NCBI GenBank assembly: GCA_963781585.1
Contig: CAWAGQ010000008.1
Location: 192,001-256,000 of the forward strand
Reading direction: 5' to 3'
From: an uncultured Gemmatimonadaceae bacterium
Lineage (GTDB): Bacteria > Gemmatimonadota > Gemmatimonadetes > Gemmatimonadales > Gemmatimonadaceae
Length of the DNA: 64,000 nucleotides
Below, one piece after another: positions 29,336 through 37,919 of this stretch (position 1 is its first letter; every line of letters starts with the position of its first letter). The position numbers and the translations under genes were made by a program. The notes under the pieces are model-generated. The model saw nothing but the letters and a program-made list of their open reading frames with translations, did no database searches and was not told where the DNA came from.

Positions 29336-30265
29336 ATGGATCCCAATTCGGGCAATTCCCTCGCCAAGGTCCTCCTCCTCGTCGCGCTGGGAGGGTTCAC
29401 CCTCTACTACGTGGTGATCTTCGTCCGGGCGATCGCCAAGAAGCGGCACGAAGCGGCCGGCGAGAGCAGCACCCCGACTCCCATCGGGCTCGGAACAGGA
29501 TTCATCACCAATTTCTTCGATACGCTCGGGATCGGCTCCTATGCCCCTACCACCTCCATCTTCCGCTTTCTCAAGATGGTGCCTGACGAGTGGATCCCCG
29601 GTACGCTCACCATCGGTCACACCCTTCCAACGATCGCCGAAGCCTACATCTTCACCCGGATCGTTCCCGTGGATCCCACCACGCTGGTGGCCATGATCGG
29701 TGCCTCGATTCTGGGCGCCTGGCTCGGGGCCGGCGTGGTCTCGAAATGGCCGCGGCGGATGGTCCAGCTCGGAATGGGCTTCTGCCTGCTGGCCGCCGCC
29801 GGCCTGATGGCGGCCTATGCACTTCGTGGCCAGCCCGTGGGAGGACAGGCAATCGGGGTCACCGGAGTTTTGCTTGGCGTCGCAATCGCCGGCAATTTCG
29901 TCCTCGGCGCCCTGATGACAATCGGCATCGGGCTGTACGCGCCATGCATGATCCTCATCAGTCTGGTTGGCATGAACGTGAAGGCCGCCTTCCCGATCAT
30001 GATGTGCTCGTGCGCATTCCTGATGCCTGTCGCCAGCGCGCGCTTTGCCCGCACCGGCGCCTTCCACCTCAAGACCGCGCTTGGCCTGGCAATCGGTGGG
30101 GTGCCAGCGGTCCTGATCGCTGCACTCATCGTGAAGTCGCTTCCCCTCACCGCGGTGCAGTGGCTGGTTGTCGTCGTCGTGCTGTACACGGCGTGGTCGC
30201 TGCTGCGGGCGGCACAGCGCGAACGCGCCTCGGTCTCCGCCCCAGCGACCGAGACCGTCACATGA
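29336..30265 (+). CDS. TSUP (TauE/SafE) family permease
   Basis: About 9-10 TM helices. NFFDTLGIGSYAPTT and GALMTIGIGLYAP internal repeat. Confidence 0.85.
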   Translation: MDPNSGNSLAKVLLLVALGGFTLYYVVIFVRAIAKKRHEAAGESSTPTPIGLGTGFITNFFDTLGIGSYAPTTSIFRFLKMVPDEWIPGTLTIGHTLPTIAEAYIFTRIVPVDPTTLVAMIGASILGAWLGAGVVSKWPRRMVQLGMGFCLLAAAGLMAAYALRGQPVGGQAIGVTGVLLGVAIAGNFVLGALMTIGIGLYAPCMILISLVGMNVKAAFPIMMCSCAFLMPVASARFARTGAFHLKTALGLAIGGVPAVLIAALIVKSLPLTAVQWLVVVVVLYTAWSLLRAAQRERASVSAPATETVT

Positions 30266-30456
30266 TTCACTGCGTCGCGGGTCGCCGATTACCAGCCGCG
30301 GCTGCCACGCTGCTGGCGGGCACATCCGCAGTGTTGCGGTTCGGCCACACGGTTGGTGCGAAACGCCATCCGCAATGAGGTTGTTGACGAACACGCCAGC
30401 CAGAGGTAAGTAGGTATGCTCTTCGACTTGACCACCCGTACATAAGGAGCTGCACC

Positions 30457-30918
30457 ATGCGCCTTTTCGCTCTCCTCGCTTCCGCCGCGCTGCTCGTAGC
30501 CTGCGCGAAGTCGGAGCAGCAGCCCGCCGCCGATTCCGGCATGGCCGCCGCCATGATGCCGGCATCGATTTCAGTCGCTGACGTCGCCGGTACCTGGGAC
30601 GTGAAGGGACTCAATGAAGCGGGCGACAGCACGCTCGCGACCTACGTCCTGACCGCCACCGCTGACACCACGTCGTGGATGGCGAAATTCCCCGATCGTG
30701 ACGCGATACCGGTGAAGATCATGTCGGTGAGCGGGGACAGCATCGTCACCCAGATGGGACCCTACGAGAGCGTGCTTCGCAAAGGCGTGATGGTCACCAC
30801 GAACGCCGTGATGCGGCTGCAGGACGGGAAGCTCGTCGGCAACTTCGACGCGCACTACACGACGACCGGCCCCGACTCCGTGCTGCACGGGAAAGTCGAC
30901 GCGACAAAGCAGCCCTGA
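30457..30918 (+). CDS. Hypothetical lipoprotein
   Basis: TAAGGAG RBS. Lipobox LLVAC. ADVAGTW beta-rich domain. Followed by a terminator. Confidence 0.85.
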   Translation: MRLFALLASAALLVACAKSEQQPAADSGMAAAMMPASISVADVAGTWDVKGLNEAGDSTLATYVLTATADTTSWMAKFPDRDAIPVKIMSVSGDSIVTQMGPYESVLRKGVMVTTNAVMRLQDGKLVGNFDAHYTTTGPDSVLHGKVDATKQP

Positions 30919-30960
30919 CGAGCCATGGTTACCGGTGCCCGCGTCGAATGCCGGGCGTGA

Positions 30961-31004
30961 CAACGCAAACGGGGAGCGAGGCAACTCGCTCCCCGTTTGC
31001 GTTG
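30961..31004 (+). terminator. Intrinsic-terminator-like hairpin, perfect 20-bp stem with GCAA tetraloop
   Basis: CAACGCAAACGGGGAGCGAG-GCAA-CTCGCTCCCCGTTTGCGTTG, 42 nt after the 30918 stop. Confidence 0.85.
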
Positions 31005-31084
31005 CCCTTCAGTCCCCAGCGCCTGTGGCCTGTGGCCTTCCCCCCTATAGCTTGTCATGGGGTACCCACGCCTGTTGCACAGCC

Positions 31085-32224
31085 ATGCCGACCATCCCGT
31101 CGACCCGTCCCCGTCCCCGCCATGGCCGCGTCATCGCGGCCATCGCCGTCTGCATCACCGCTGCCTGCGCCGGCAAGGCAAACGACCGCGCCGGAGCCGT
31201 CTCCGACTACCGCGGCGTCGTCCTGAGCGCCCCGCTCAGCAAGCCGTCCTTCACGCTCACCGACTTCGACGGCCATCCGTACGACTTCGTGCGGGCAACC
31301 CAGGGCAAGGTGGCGCTGTTGTTCTTCGGCTACACGCATTGCCCGGACGTCTGCCCGCTGCACATGGCGAACATCGCGGCCGTGATGAAGCAGATGTCAT
31401 GGGAGGAACGCGGAGTCATTCAGGTGGTCTTCGTCACCACCGATCCCGATCGCGACACGCCGCAGCGGCTCAAGGAGTGGCTGGGGAACTTCGATCCGTC
31501 CTTCGTGGGGCTCACCGGCACGAAGGACGAGCTGAGAAAGGTGCAGCTGATGCTTGGCGTTGCCCCCGCCCAGCGTGAGGACGCCCCGGGCGACAGCGCA
31601 GGCTACTTCGTGGGACACGCGGCCCAGGTGTTCGCCTTCGCCCGCGATGGATACGGCTACCTCGAGTATCCCTTCGGCATCCGTCAGGAAGACTGGGCGA
31701 ACGATCTCCCGAAGCTGGCGCGCGACTCGACCGGCGCGACCATTCGCCGGGAGCTGGCGGCGGTCGCGCGCGCGAACAGCGTCGCCGTGGCTCCCCCTCC
31801 AGGTGCGGCCCCTGAAGTGAAAATGGGCGGCATGATCGTGACCCTTGCGGTGATTCCCGAACCCGCGGCGCAGAGTGAAGCGGCGCTCTACCTCACGATC
31901 AGGAATGACACGCCTCAGGAAGACACGCTCGTCGCTGTGGCCACCGAGGTCGCCATGCGCGCCGAATTGCACGAGACGATGCAGACCGGTTCGATGGAGA
32001 AGATGGTGCCGCTGACCGTGATACCCGTTCCGGCCCACGCCGAAACGCGACTGGTACCCGGTGCCCGCCATGTGATGCTGATGTCGCTGCGCCAGAAGCT
32101 CGCTGCCGGTGACTCCGCCACGCTATTCCTGTCGTTCGCGCGCGCCGGGTCCGTGGAAGCACGTGCCCACGTCGTGAAGTACTCGGACCTGGAAAAGGCG
32201 CTGGCGCAGGATCGTTCCCGCTGA
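31085..32224 (+). CDS. SCO1/SenC protein fused to a PCu(A)C copper chaperone
   Basis: Lipobox TAAC. FFGYTHCPDVC, TDPDRDT, YFVGH (Sco). AALYLTIRN...ELHETM...M...HVMLM (PCuAC). Confidence 0.9.
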   Translation: MPTIPSTRPRPRHGRVIAAIAVCITAACAGKANDRAGAVSDYRGVVLSAPLSKPSFTLTDFDGHPYDFVRATQGKVALLFFGYTHCPDVCPLHMANIAAVMKQMSWEERGVIQVVFVTTDPDRDTPQRLKEWLGNFDPSFVGLTGTKDELRKVQLMLGVAPAQREDAPGDSAGYFVGHAAQVFAFARDGYGYLEYPFGIRQEDWANDLPKLARDSTGATIRRELAAVARANSVAVAPPPGAAPEVKMGGMIVTLAVIPEPAAQSEAALYLTIRNDTPQEDTLVAVATEVAMRAELHETMQTGSMEKMVPLTVIPVPAHAETRLVPGARHVMLMSLRQKLAAGDSATLFLSFARAGSVEARAHVVKYSDLEKALAQDRSR

Positions 32225-33024
32225 TGCAATGGTGGTGCAGCGCGTCCAACCTGCCCTGGGCGTGGACCTGGCGGCCCTACCCCGGCGTCTGGCTGTTCAT
32301 CGGGCTCGTCTTCTTCCTCGTCCGGTTGTGGAACAGGACCGCGGCAGGTCGATCCGGCCATCGCCCGCCACCAGTGCACCCTCTTTTCCTGCTCGGCCTG
32401 CTGCTTCTCTGGAGCGCGCTCGACTGGCCGCTCGGCACGTTAGGCGCCGGCTATCTTGCCAGCGCGCACATGCTGCAGTTTCTGCTCATGTGTCTGGTCG
32501 CGCCACCCCTGCTGCTGCGTGGCCCTTCTGGGGATGCACTCGCGATCCTGGACCGCGAAACCCGCTTCGCGAGGACATTCTGCCGCCTCACGGCGCCCGG
32601 TCGCGCATTGATACTGTTCAACGCGGTGGTGCTGGTGACCCACCTGCCACCGGTCGTCGACACACTGATGCGGACCCAGCTCGGCTCGCTTGCCATCGAT
32701 CTCATCTGGATCGCCGCCGGGCTGCTCTTCTGGTGGCCGGTGGTGCTGTCGTCGCCGGCCCACCCGAGGTTCTCCCCGCCGCTCAAGATCGGCTACCTGG
32801 TCGTGGGCATGATGTTCAGCCCGATCATGTTCGGCCTGGTGGGCTTTCTCGTCTACAGCGACCATCCGCTCTACGGCATCTTCGAGCTCGCGCCTCCGTT
32901 CCCAGGTATCAACTCACATGATGACCACCAGCTCGCCGGCGTCATGATGAGCGTCGGCGGCGCGGTGATCGCGTTCACCGCCATCAGCGTGATCTTCTTC
33001 AGGTGGAGCAAAGCCGAGGCCTAG
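32224..33024 (+). CDS. ctaG: caa3-type cytochrome c oxidase assembly factor
   Basis: ALDWPL...ASAHMLQF...APPLLL, THLP, LFWWPV, DHQLAG. TGATG overlap with the upstream gene. Confidence 0.85.
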   Translation: MQWWCSASNLPWAWTWRPYPGVWLFIGLVFFLVRLWNRTAAGRSGHRPPPVHPLFLLGLLLLWSALDWPLGTLGAGYLASAHMLQFLLMCLVAPPLLLRGPSGDALAILDRETRFARTFCRLTAPGRALILFNAVVLVTHLPPVVDTLMRTQLGSLAIDLIWIAAGLLFWWPVVLSSPAHPRFSPPLKIGYLVVGMMFSPIMFGLVGFLVYSDHPLYGIFELAPPFPGINSHDDHQLAGVMMSVGGAVIAFTAISVIFFRWSKAEA

Positions 33025-33027
33025 CGG

Positions 33028-34653
33028 TCAACGCTCCCGCCCCGCTCTCCACTGCTCGAGCGCCTTCACCCGCGATTCGAGCGCGGCAATCCGGTCTCCG
33101 CCGGGCTGTACCGGCGCTGCCCGTGTGGCGCCCGAAGCGGCCCTCCCCACCCCACCCGGTCGCCGGCCTACTCCGCGTGTCGACACCTGGAGGAACGCGC
33201 GGCCGATCGGCCCCAGCCACACGAGGCGGAACAGGCGCTCACCGATCGGCATGCGGAACGGACCGCGCACCAGCAGAAGGAAACTGACGCCAAGCAGGCT
33301 CAGTCCCGACGCCGACATCACGAAGCGGCCTAACGACCCCCCTTCACCCGATTGCGGATCGCCGCTCCGGGTGATGCCGGCGCCGGTTCCCAGGGAAAAA
33401 CGCACGTTCAGCGATGTTCCGACGAGTACGATCGCCACCGGGAGCAGCAGCACCGCGATCAGGACCGTTCGCCGCCGGCGGCGTCTGGTGTCGGGATCGG
33501 CGCGAAGCTGCTGCCGCAGATTCTCGCGTTCGTCGACCACGGCCCGCAGCCCGCTCGACACATCGCCGGGCTGAAATCCCAGCACCGCCAGCCGACGGGC
33601 GGCGGACGACACCAGCAGCGCCCGCGTCAGCGCTATGACGATCAGGATGATCGCCGGAAGCAGCGCGTACGCCGTTCCGACTTCCTTGCGCATCGTCCGG
33701 ACCGTGAGCCAGCTGGTCAGCGTCAGAAACACGAGCACCAGACCGAGCGTCCCCGCTTCCTGCGCGAACATCCGGATCGGAACCGGGATCTCGGCTCCGG
33801 CCAGCTGGGCGACATCGATTGCTTCGACCAGCGCTTCCGCCGACGCAAATCGATCCTCCGGTTTCTTCGCCACGCAGCGGTCGATCGCGTCGCCTAACGC
33901 TGCCGGGATGTCTCCCCGCAGCTCCACCGCCCGCGGCGGCATCTCGGTCAGCTGCTTGACCAGAATCTGCTGGGTGGTCTCCCCGGTGATCTGCGGCCGC
34001 CCCGTCAGCGCGTAGAGCGCCACCAGCCCGAGCGAATACAGATCGCTCCGCCCATCGACCGAATCGCCCGACGCCTGCTCGGGGCTCATGTACTCCGGCG
34101 TGCCCACCACCTCACCGACCCGCGTCATGCCCTGCGTGCCCACCGCCGCCGTGATCGGCCTCGAGATCCCGAAATCCATCAGCTGCGCACGGCCCGTGGC
34201 GCGCTCGAGCATCACGTTGTCGGGCTTGATGTCGCGATGGACGACCCCGCGTCCATGAGCGTACGCCAGGGCATACCCGATGTCCTGCAGCAGCCGAACG
34301 ATGCCGCGCGCGTCGAGCGGTCCCGCGCGATGGACCCGCTGCGCCAGGCTCTCCCCCTCGACATACCCCATCGCGAACGCCAGCAACCCGTCGCGCTCCT
34401 CCACCGCGTGCACGGGAACGATGTTGGGATGCGAGAACGACGCCGCCGTCCGCGTCTCGCGCAGGAAGCGCTCGCGAAGAGTGGCATCGCCCGCGAACTC
34501 GGGCGGAAGCACTTTCAGTGCGACCGGCCGATCCAGCCGCAGATCGCGCGCGAGATATACCGCGCCCATGCCACCGCGACCGAGCTCGCGCTCGATCGCG
34601 TAGCGGTCGCCAAGTCGCCTGCGAATCTCGTCGAGGGAGGTCTGGTCGGTCAC
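33028..34653 (-). CDS. Hanks-type Ser/Thr protein kinase with C-terminal membrane segments
   Basis: LGRGGMGAVY, VALKVL, HRDIKPDN, DFG, GTPEYMSPEQ. GTG 34653 is the likely start. Confidence 0.93.
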   Translation of the reverse strand: MTDQTSLDEIRRRLGDRYAIERELGRGGMGAVYLARDLRLDRPVALKVLPPEFAGDATLRERFLRETRTAASFSHPNIVPVHAVEERDGLLAFAMGYVEGESLAQRVHRAGPLDARGIVRLLQDIGYALAYAHGRGVVHRDIKPDNVMLERATGRAQLMDFGISRPITAAVGTQGMTRVGEVVGTPEYMSPEQASGDSVDGRSDLYSLGLVALYALTGRPQITGETTQQILVKQLTEMPPRAVELRGDIPAALGDAIDRCVAKKPEDRFASAEALVEAIDVAQLAGAEIPVPIRMFAQEAGTLGLVLVFLTLTSWLTVRTMRKEVGTAYALLPAIILIVIALTRALLVSSAARRLAVLGFQPGDVSSGLRAVVDERENLRQQLRADPDTRRRRRRTVLIAVLLLPVAIVLVGTSLNVRFSLGTGAGITRSGDPQSGEGGSLGRFVMSASGLSLLGVSFLLLVRGPFRMPIGERLFRLVWLGPIGRAFLQVSTRGVGRRPGGVGRAASGATRAAPVQPGGDRIAALESRVKALEQWRAGRER

Positions 34654-34879
34654 CGGGCTGGGGTCTGCTCGCGGCGAAGATGCGCCCGGCGGCGAGCTTT
34701 CGCTATGTTTCCGCGCCCCCCGGGTCAGGAAGCGTCTGTGGCTGGACGACTCTCTGGCCCGGGAGCACCTCGGCGTACTGCTCCACTGAGCGCGTACGAT
34801 TCCAGGGGTTCGGGGATTCCCGCTCGTCATCGAGCGAACCCGACATGCACACGTTACCCAAGCACGGTGAGGTGCCACA

Positions 34880-35407
34880 ATGGCACGGATTGAGCCGCTC
34901 CCCTGCAAGAGCGCGCCACCTGAAGCACGCGCGGCCTGCGACGAGCACGAGCAACGCTACGGGCGCATGACGAACATGAAGCGCACCCTGCTCCACTCAC
35001 TCCCCGCGTTCCATGCGCTCATGGCGTGGTATCCGCTCCGGGACACCGTGCGACCGTTCCTCGGCGAACGGGCCACGACCATTTTCGCGTACGCCATCTC
35101 CGCCGAGGTGGATTGCCTCATCTGCTCCACCTTCTTCCGCAGAATTCTCATCGATGCCGGAGAAGACCCCGACAGGTTGACGCTCGACGATCGCGAGGAG
35201 TTGCTCGTCGCCTTCGGTCGCCAGATGGCGAAGAACGCCAAGGAAGTGTCGGACGACCTCTACGCTCGGCTGGCTTCGGTATTTTCGCCACAGGAGATCG
35301 TGGCCCTCACCGCCTTCGGGTGCATCATGCTCGCGACGAATCTGTTCAACGACGCACTGCGCGTCGATCTCGACGGTTACCTGGAGCCATACCGCCGTAC
35401 TGCCTGA
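34880..35407 (+). CDS. Carboxymuconolactone decarboxylase/AhpD-like protein
   Basis: TNMKRTLLHS, AYAISAEVDCLICSTFF (CxxC), EIVALTAF...NLFNDAL. GAGG RBS. Confidence 0.8.
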   Translation: MARIEPLPCKSAPPEARAACDEHEQRYGRMTNMKRTLLHSLPAFHALMAWYPLRDTVRPFLGERATTIFAYAISAEVDCLICSTFFRRILIDAGEDPDRLTLDDREELLVAFGRQMAKNAKEVSDDLYARLASVFSPQEIVALTAFGCIMLATNLFNDALRVDLDGYLEPYRRTA

Positions 35408-35464
35408 CGCGTACCCGGAAGGGGAACGCTCACCCCGGGGAAGGGGACGCGGCCCCTGGCATGT

Positions 35465-35526
35465 GCTGACCGCTGGAAGCGGATGACTGCCCGCTTTACT
35501 TGACAGCTGAGCACTGACGGCTGCGA
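35465..35526. repeat. Degenerate intergenic heptamer array (GCTGAnn class)
   Basis: GCTGACC GCTGGAA GCGGATG ACTGCCC ... GCTGAGC ACTGACG GCTGCGA. Related arrays at 4732, 18890, 43232, 51851 and 54917. Confidence 0.55.
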
Positions 35527-35578
35527 TTCACGCCACGCTCTTCCGCATTGCAAGAATCGGATCTCGAGGACCACCACG

Positions 35579-36382
35579 ATGGGAGAATTTACCGGGCGAG
35601 TGGCGTTCATCACCGGCGCGGCCCACGGACAGGGTCGCGCCACGGCGCTCGCGCTCGCCGCCGCGGGCGCGCAGATCGCCGCCTTCGATATCGCGCGGCC
35701 GCTGGCGTACCCCGGGTATCCGCTCGCCTCGCCCGACGATCTGGCCTCCCTCGCAAGTGCGTGCGCGGAGCTGGGCTCCACGTGTCTGGCCTTCCCCGGC
35801 GACGTGCGGGACGACGTCGCGATCACCGCCGCGGTCTCGGCCACCGTCGATCGCCTGGGGCGCATCGACGTGCTGTTCAACAACGCCGGAATCTGCGCCT
35901 ACGGTCTCGCCCACGAGCTCACTGAAGAGGCGTGGGATAGTATGATCGATATCAATCTCAAGGGGAGCTGGCTGGTTGCGCGGCGCGTCGTTCCAGTGAT
36001 GATCGCCCAGCGTACGGGCGTGATCATCAACAACGCGTCGATCGCCAGCTTCCGCGGCATGAACCGGCTGAGCCACTACGCCGCCTCGAAGTGGGGGCTC
36101 ACCGGCCTCACCAAGTCGTGGGCCATCGAGCTCGCGCCGTACAATATCCGCGTCAACTCGGTGCACCCCACCGGTGTGAACACGCCGATGAACGATGGGC
36201 TCGCGATGCTCGAGGGAACCACGCCGCGCGAAGTCGCCGAACGATCGGCTGGCAACCTGTTGCCCGTACCGTGGATCGAACCGGAAGACGTGGCGCAGGC
36301 CGTGCTCTTTCTCGCATCCGACCGCGCCCGCTATGTCACCGGCGCGCAGTTCGTCATCGACGCGGGTCTCCTGACCCGTTGA
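35579..36382 (+). CDS. SDR oxidoreductase of the mycofactocin-coupled subfamily type
   Basis: ITGAAHGQG, insertion DIARPLAYPGYPLASPDDL, NNAGI, YAASKWG, VHPTGVNTPM, NLLPVPWIEPEDVA. Confidence 0.88.
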   Translation: MGEFTGRVAFITGAAHGQGRATALALAAAGAQIAAFDIARPLAYPGYPLASPDDLASLASACAELGSTCLAFPGDVRDDVAITAAVSATVDRLGRIDVLFNNAGICAYGLAHELTEEAWDSMIDINLKGSWLVARRVVPVMIAQRTGVIINNASIASFRGMNRLSHYAASKWGLTGLTKSWAIELAPYNIRVNSVHPTGVNTPMNDGLAMLEGTTPREVAERSAGNLLPVPWIEPEDVAQAVLFLASDRARYVTGAQFVIDAGLLTR

Positions 36383-37130
36383 TCGCGCTCCTGATCACCT
36401 CCTCCGCGTAGTCGATCCCGCGCGGCGTGCGCGATCCGTGCCAGGAGAGCAGTTCACCGTCTACGATATGGAACCGCTCGCGCGGCAGGCCCGTCAGTGG
36501 GGCCAGCTCCTCACGGTTTCGCTCCGCGAAGGGAAAAGGCTCCGTGGACAGGAGCACCAGATCCGGTTCGACCGACGCGATCTCCGACGCCTCCACCGTC
36601 GGATAGCGCTCATCGCGAGACCCGAACGCGTTCACGCCGCCGGCCAGTTCGAGCAGCGCGCTGACGAAGGTGTCGGAACTCACCGACATCCAGGGCTTTC
36701 GCCAGATGAGATAGACGAATCGCACCGGTGGCCGGCTGGTCGCCGCCGCTCGCACACGTTGCGCTCGCGTCTCGATGTCACGGGCGATCACCTCGCCCGC
36801 GTCCGGGCGATCCACCGCCGCGGCGATCGATCGCACCATCGCTGCCGTCTCATCCGGCGTGCGCGGCAGGGAGGAGTGCACGCCAATTCCGGCCCGCTCC
36901 AGCACCCGCGCATCCTCGACCCGGTTTTCCTCGGCGTTCATGAACACCAGATCGGGTGCCAGCTCGATGATGCGTTCGATTTTTGGATTCTTCGTTCCGC
37001 CCACCTTCTCAACCTGAGCGACCAGATCAGCCGGATGCACGCAGAACTTCGTGCGGCCCACCAGCTGATCGCCGACGCCCAGGTCGAACAGGAGCTCAGT
37101 CAGGGAAGGACAGAGGGAGACGAGGCGCAT
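36354..37130 (-). CDS. Helical-backbone metal receptor (BtuF/cobalamin-binding-like), no signal peptide
   Basis: RLVSLCPSLTE, VGRTKFC, VGGTKNP, PDLV...EEN, VDGELLSWHG. Confidence 0.88.
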   Translation of the reverse strand: MRLVSLCPSLTELLFDLGVGDQLVGRTKFCVHPADLVAQVEKVGGTKNPKIERIIELAPDLVFMNAEENRVEDARVLERAGIGVHSSLPRTPDETAAMVRSIAAAVDRPDAGEVIARDIETRAQRVRAAATSRPPVRFVYLIWRKPWMSVSSDTFVSALLELAGGVNAFGSRDERYPTVEASEIASVEPDLVLLSTEPFPFAERNREELAPLTGLPRERFHIVDGELLSWHGSRTPRGIDYAEEVIRSAINGSGDPRR

Positions 37131-37168
37131 CAGGGAGGGGGAGCAAGCGCGTGAGCAAGCGACACGAA

Positions 37169-37750
37169 CTACTTCAACTTGAGCCGATCCAACTCCGCAT
37201 TCACCACATCAGGATTGAACCGCACCCGTGGATGACGACGCTCTGCGACGCCATCCAGGTCCGCCAGTTCTCCCTGGACGGCCGGCCCGCCACCCGAACC
37301 TCCGCCGCTGCGCCACTCCTCGTACGCCCAGGGCCCTCCCACATCAACCGGCGGCGTGCTTCCCTCACCACTCACACAGAGTGGTGTGCGCGCCGCATCG
37401 TCCGGCGGAAGCACTCGCTCCACGCGCACCATCAGGTGCCACGCATGACCGTTCCCATACTCGAACTCGAGTTCGGATCCTGCGTCCGGCAGGAGCTGGC
37501 GTAGCCGTACCTCAACGCCCAGGTCGCGCCATTCTCCACGAGCCCCCTTCCCCTCATACCGCAGCGCCCCAACCGTGAACGCGTACGGGCGCCCGGCGGT
37601 CCACCCCATTGCCACGGCAAACACCCGCGCGACACGCTCGAGCGTGGCTCCCGACGACACCCGTAGACGCCGCCAAACCGTCGGCTCCACGTCGCTTAGC
37701 CTGATCGTCAGTTCGTGAATTCGCGGGGGCGATCGCTTGGATGCGCGCAT
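37169..37750 (-). CDS. Plasmid pRiA4b ORF-3-like family protein (divergent)
   Basis: LTIRLSDVEPTVWRRLRV...TL...AMGW...PLCVSGEGSTPPVDVGGPWAY. Confidence 0.8.
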   Translation of the reverse strand: MRASKRSPPRIHELTIRLSDVEPTVWRRLRVSSGATLERVARVFAVAMGWTAGRPYAFTVGALRYEGKGARGEWRDLGVEVRLRQLLPDAGSELEFEYGNGHAWHLMVRVERVLPPDDAARTPLCVSGEGSTPPVDVGGPWAYEEWRSGGGSGGGPAVQGELADLDGVAERRHPRVRFNPDVVNAELDRLKLK

Positions 37751-37919
37751 GCTGACTCCGATCCGTGGAGTGTCGTGGCACACCGCCTTGCCGAGGGCCG
37801 CGCGGCCGATGCCGTCCCGGAGCAACGCCGGCTCTGAGGCATCGCGACCTGCCTGGCCATCGCACAGAACGCTCCAACACCTTTCCTGCACATTACTGAT
37901 AACGTACCCTCTGCATACG

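Noticed and set aside
34719..34800. Known riboswitch (guanidine, SAH, TPP, c-di-AMP) upstream of the AhpD-like gene
   Set aside because: Only fragmentary resemblance, and the conserved cores are absent.
36354..36382. 29-bp convergent overlap of the SDR and BtuF-like genes
   Set aside because: Short 3' overlaps are ordinary in compact GC-rich genomes.
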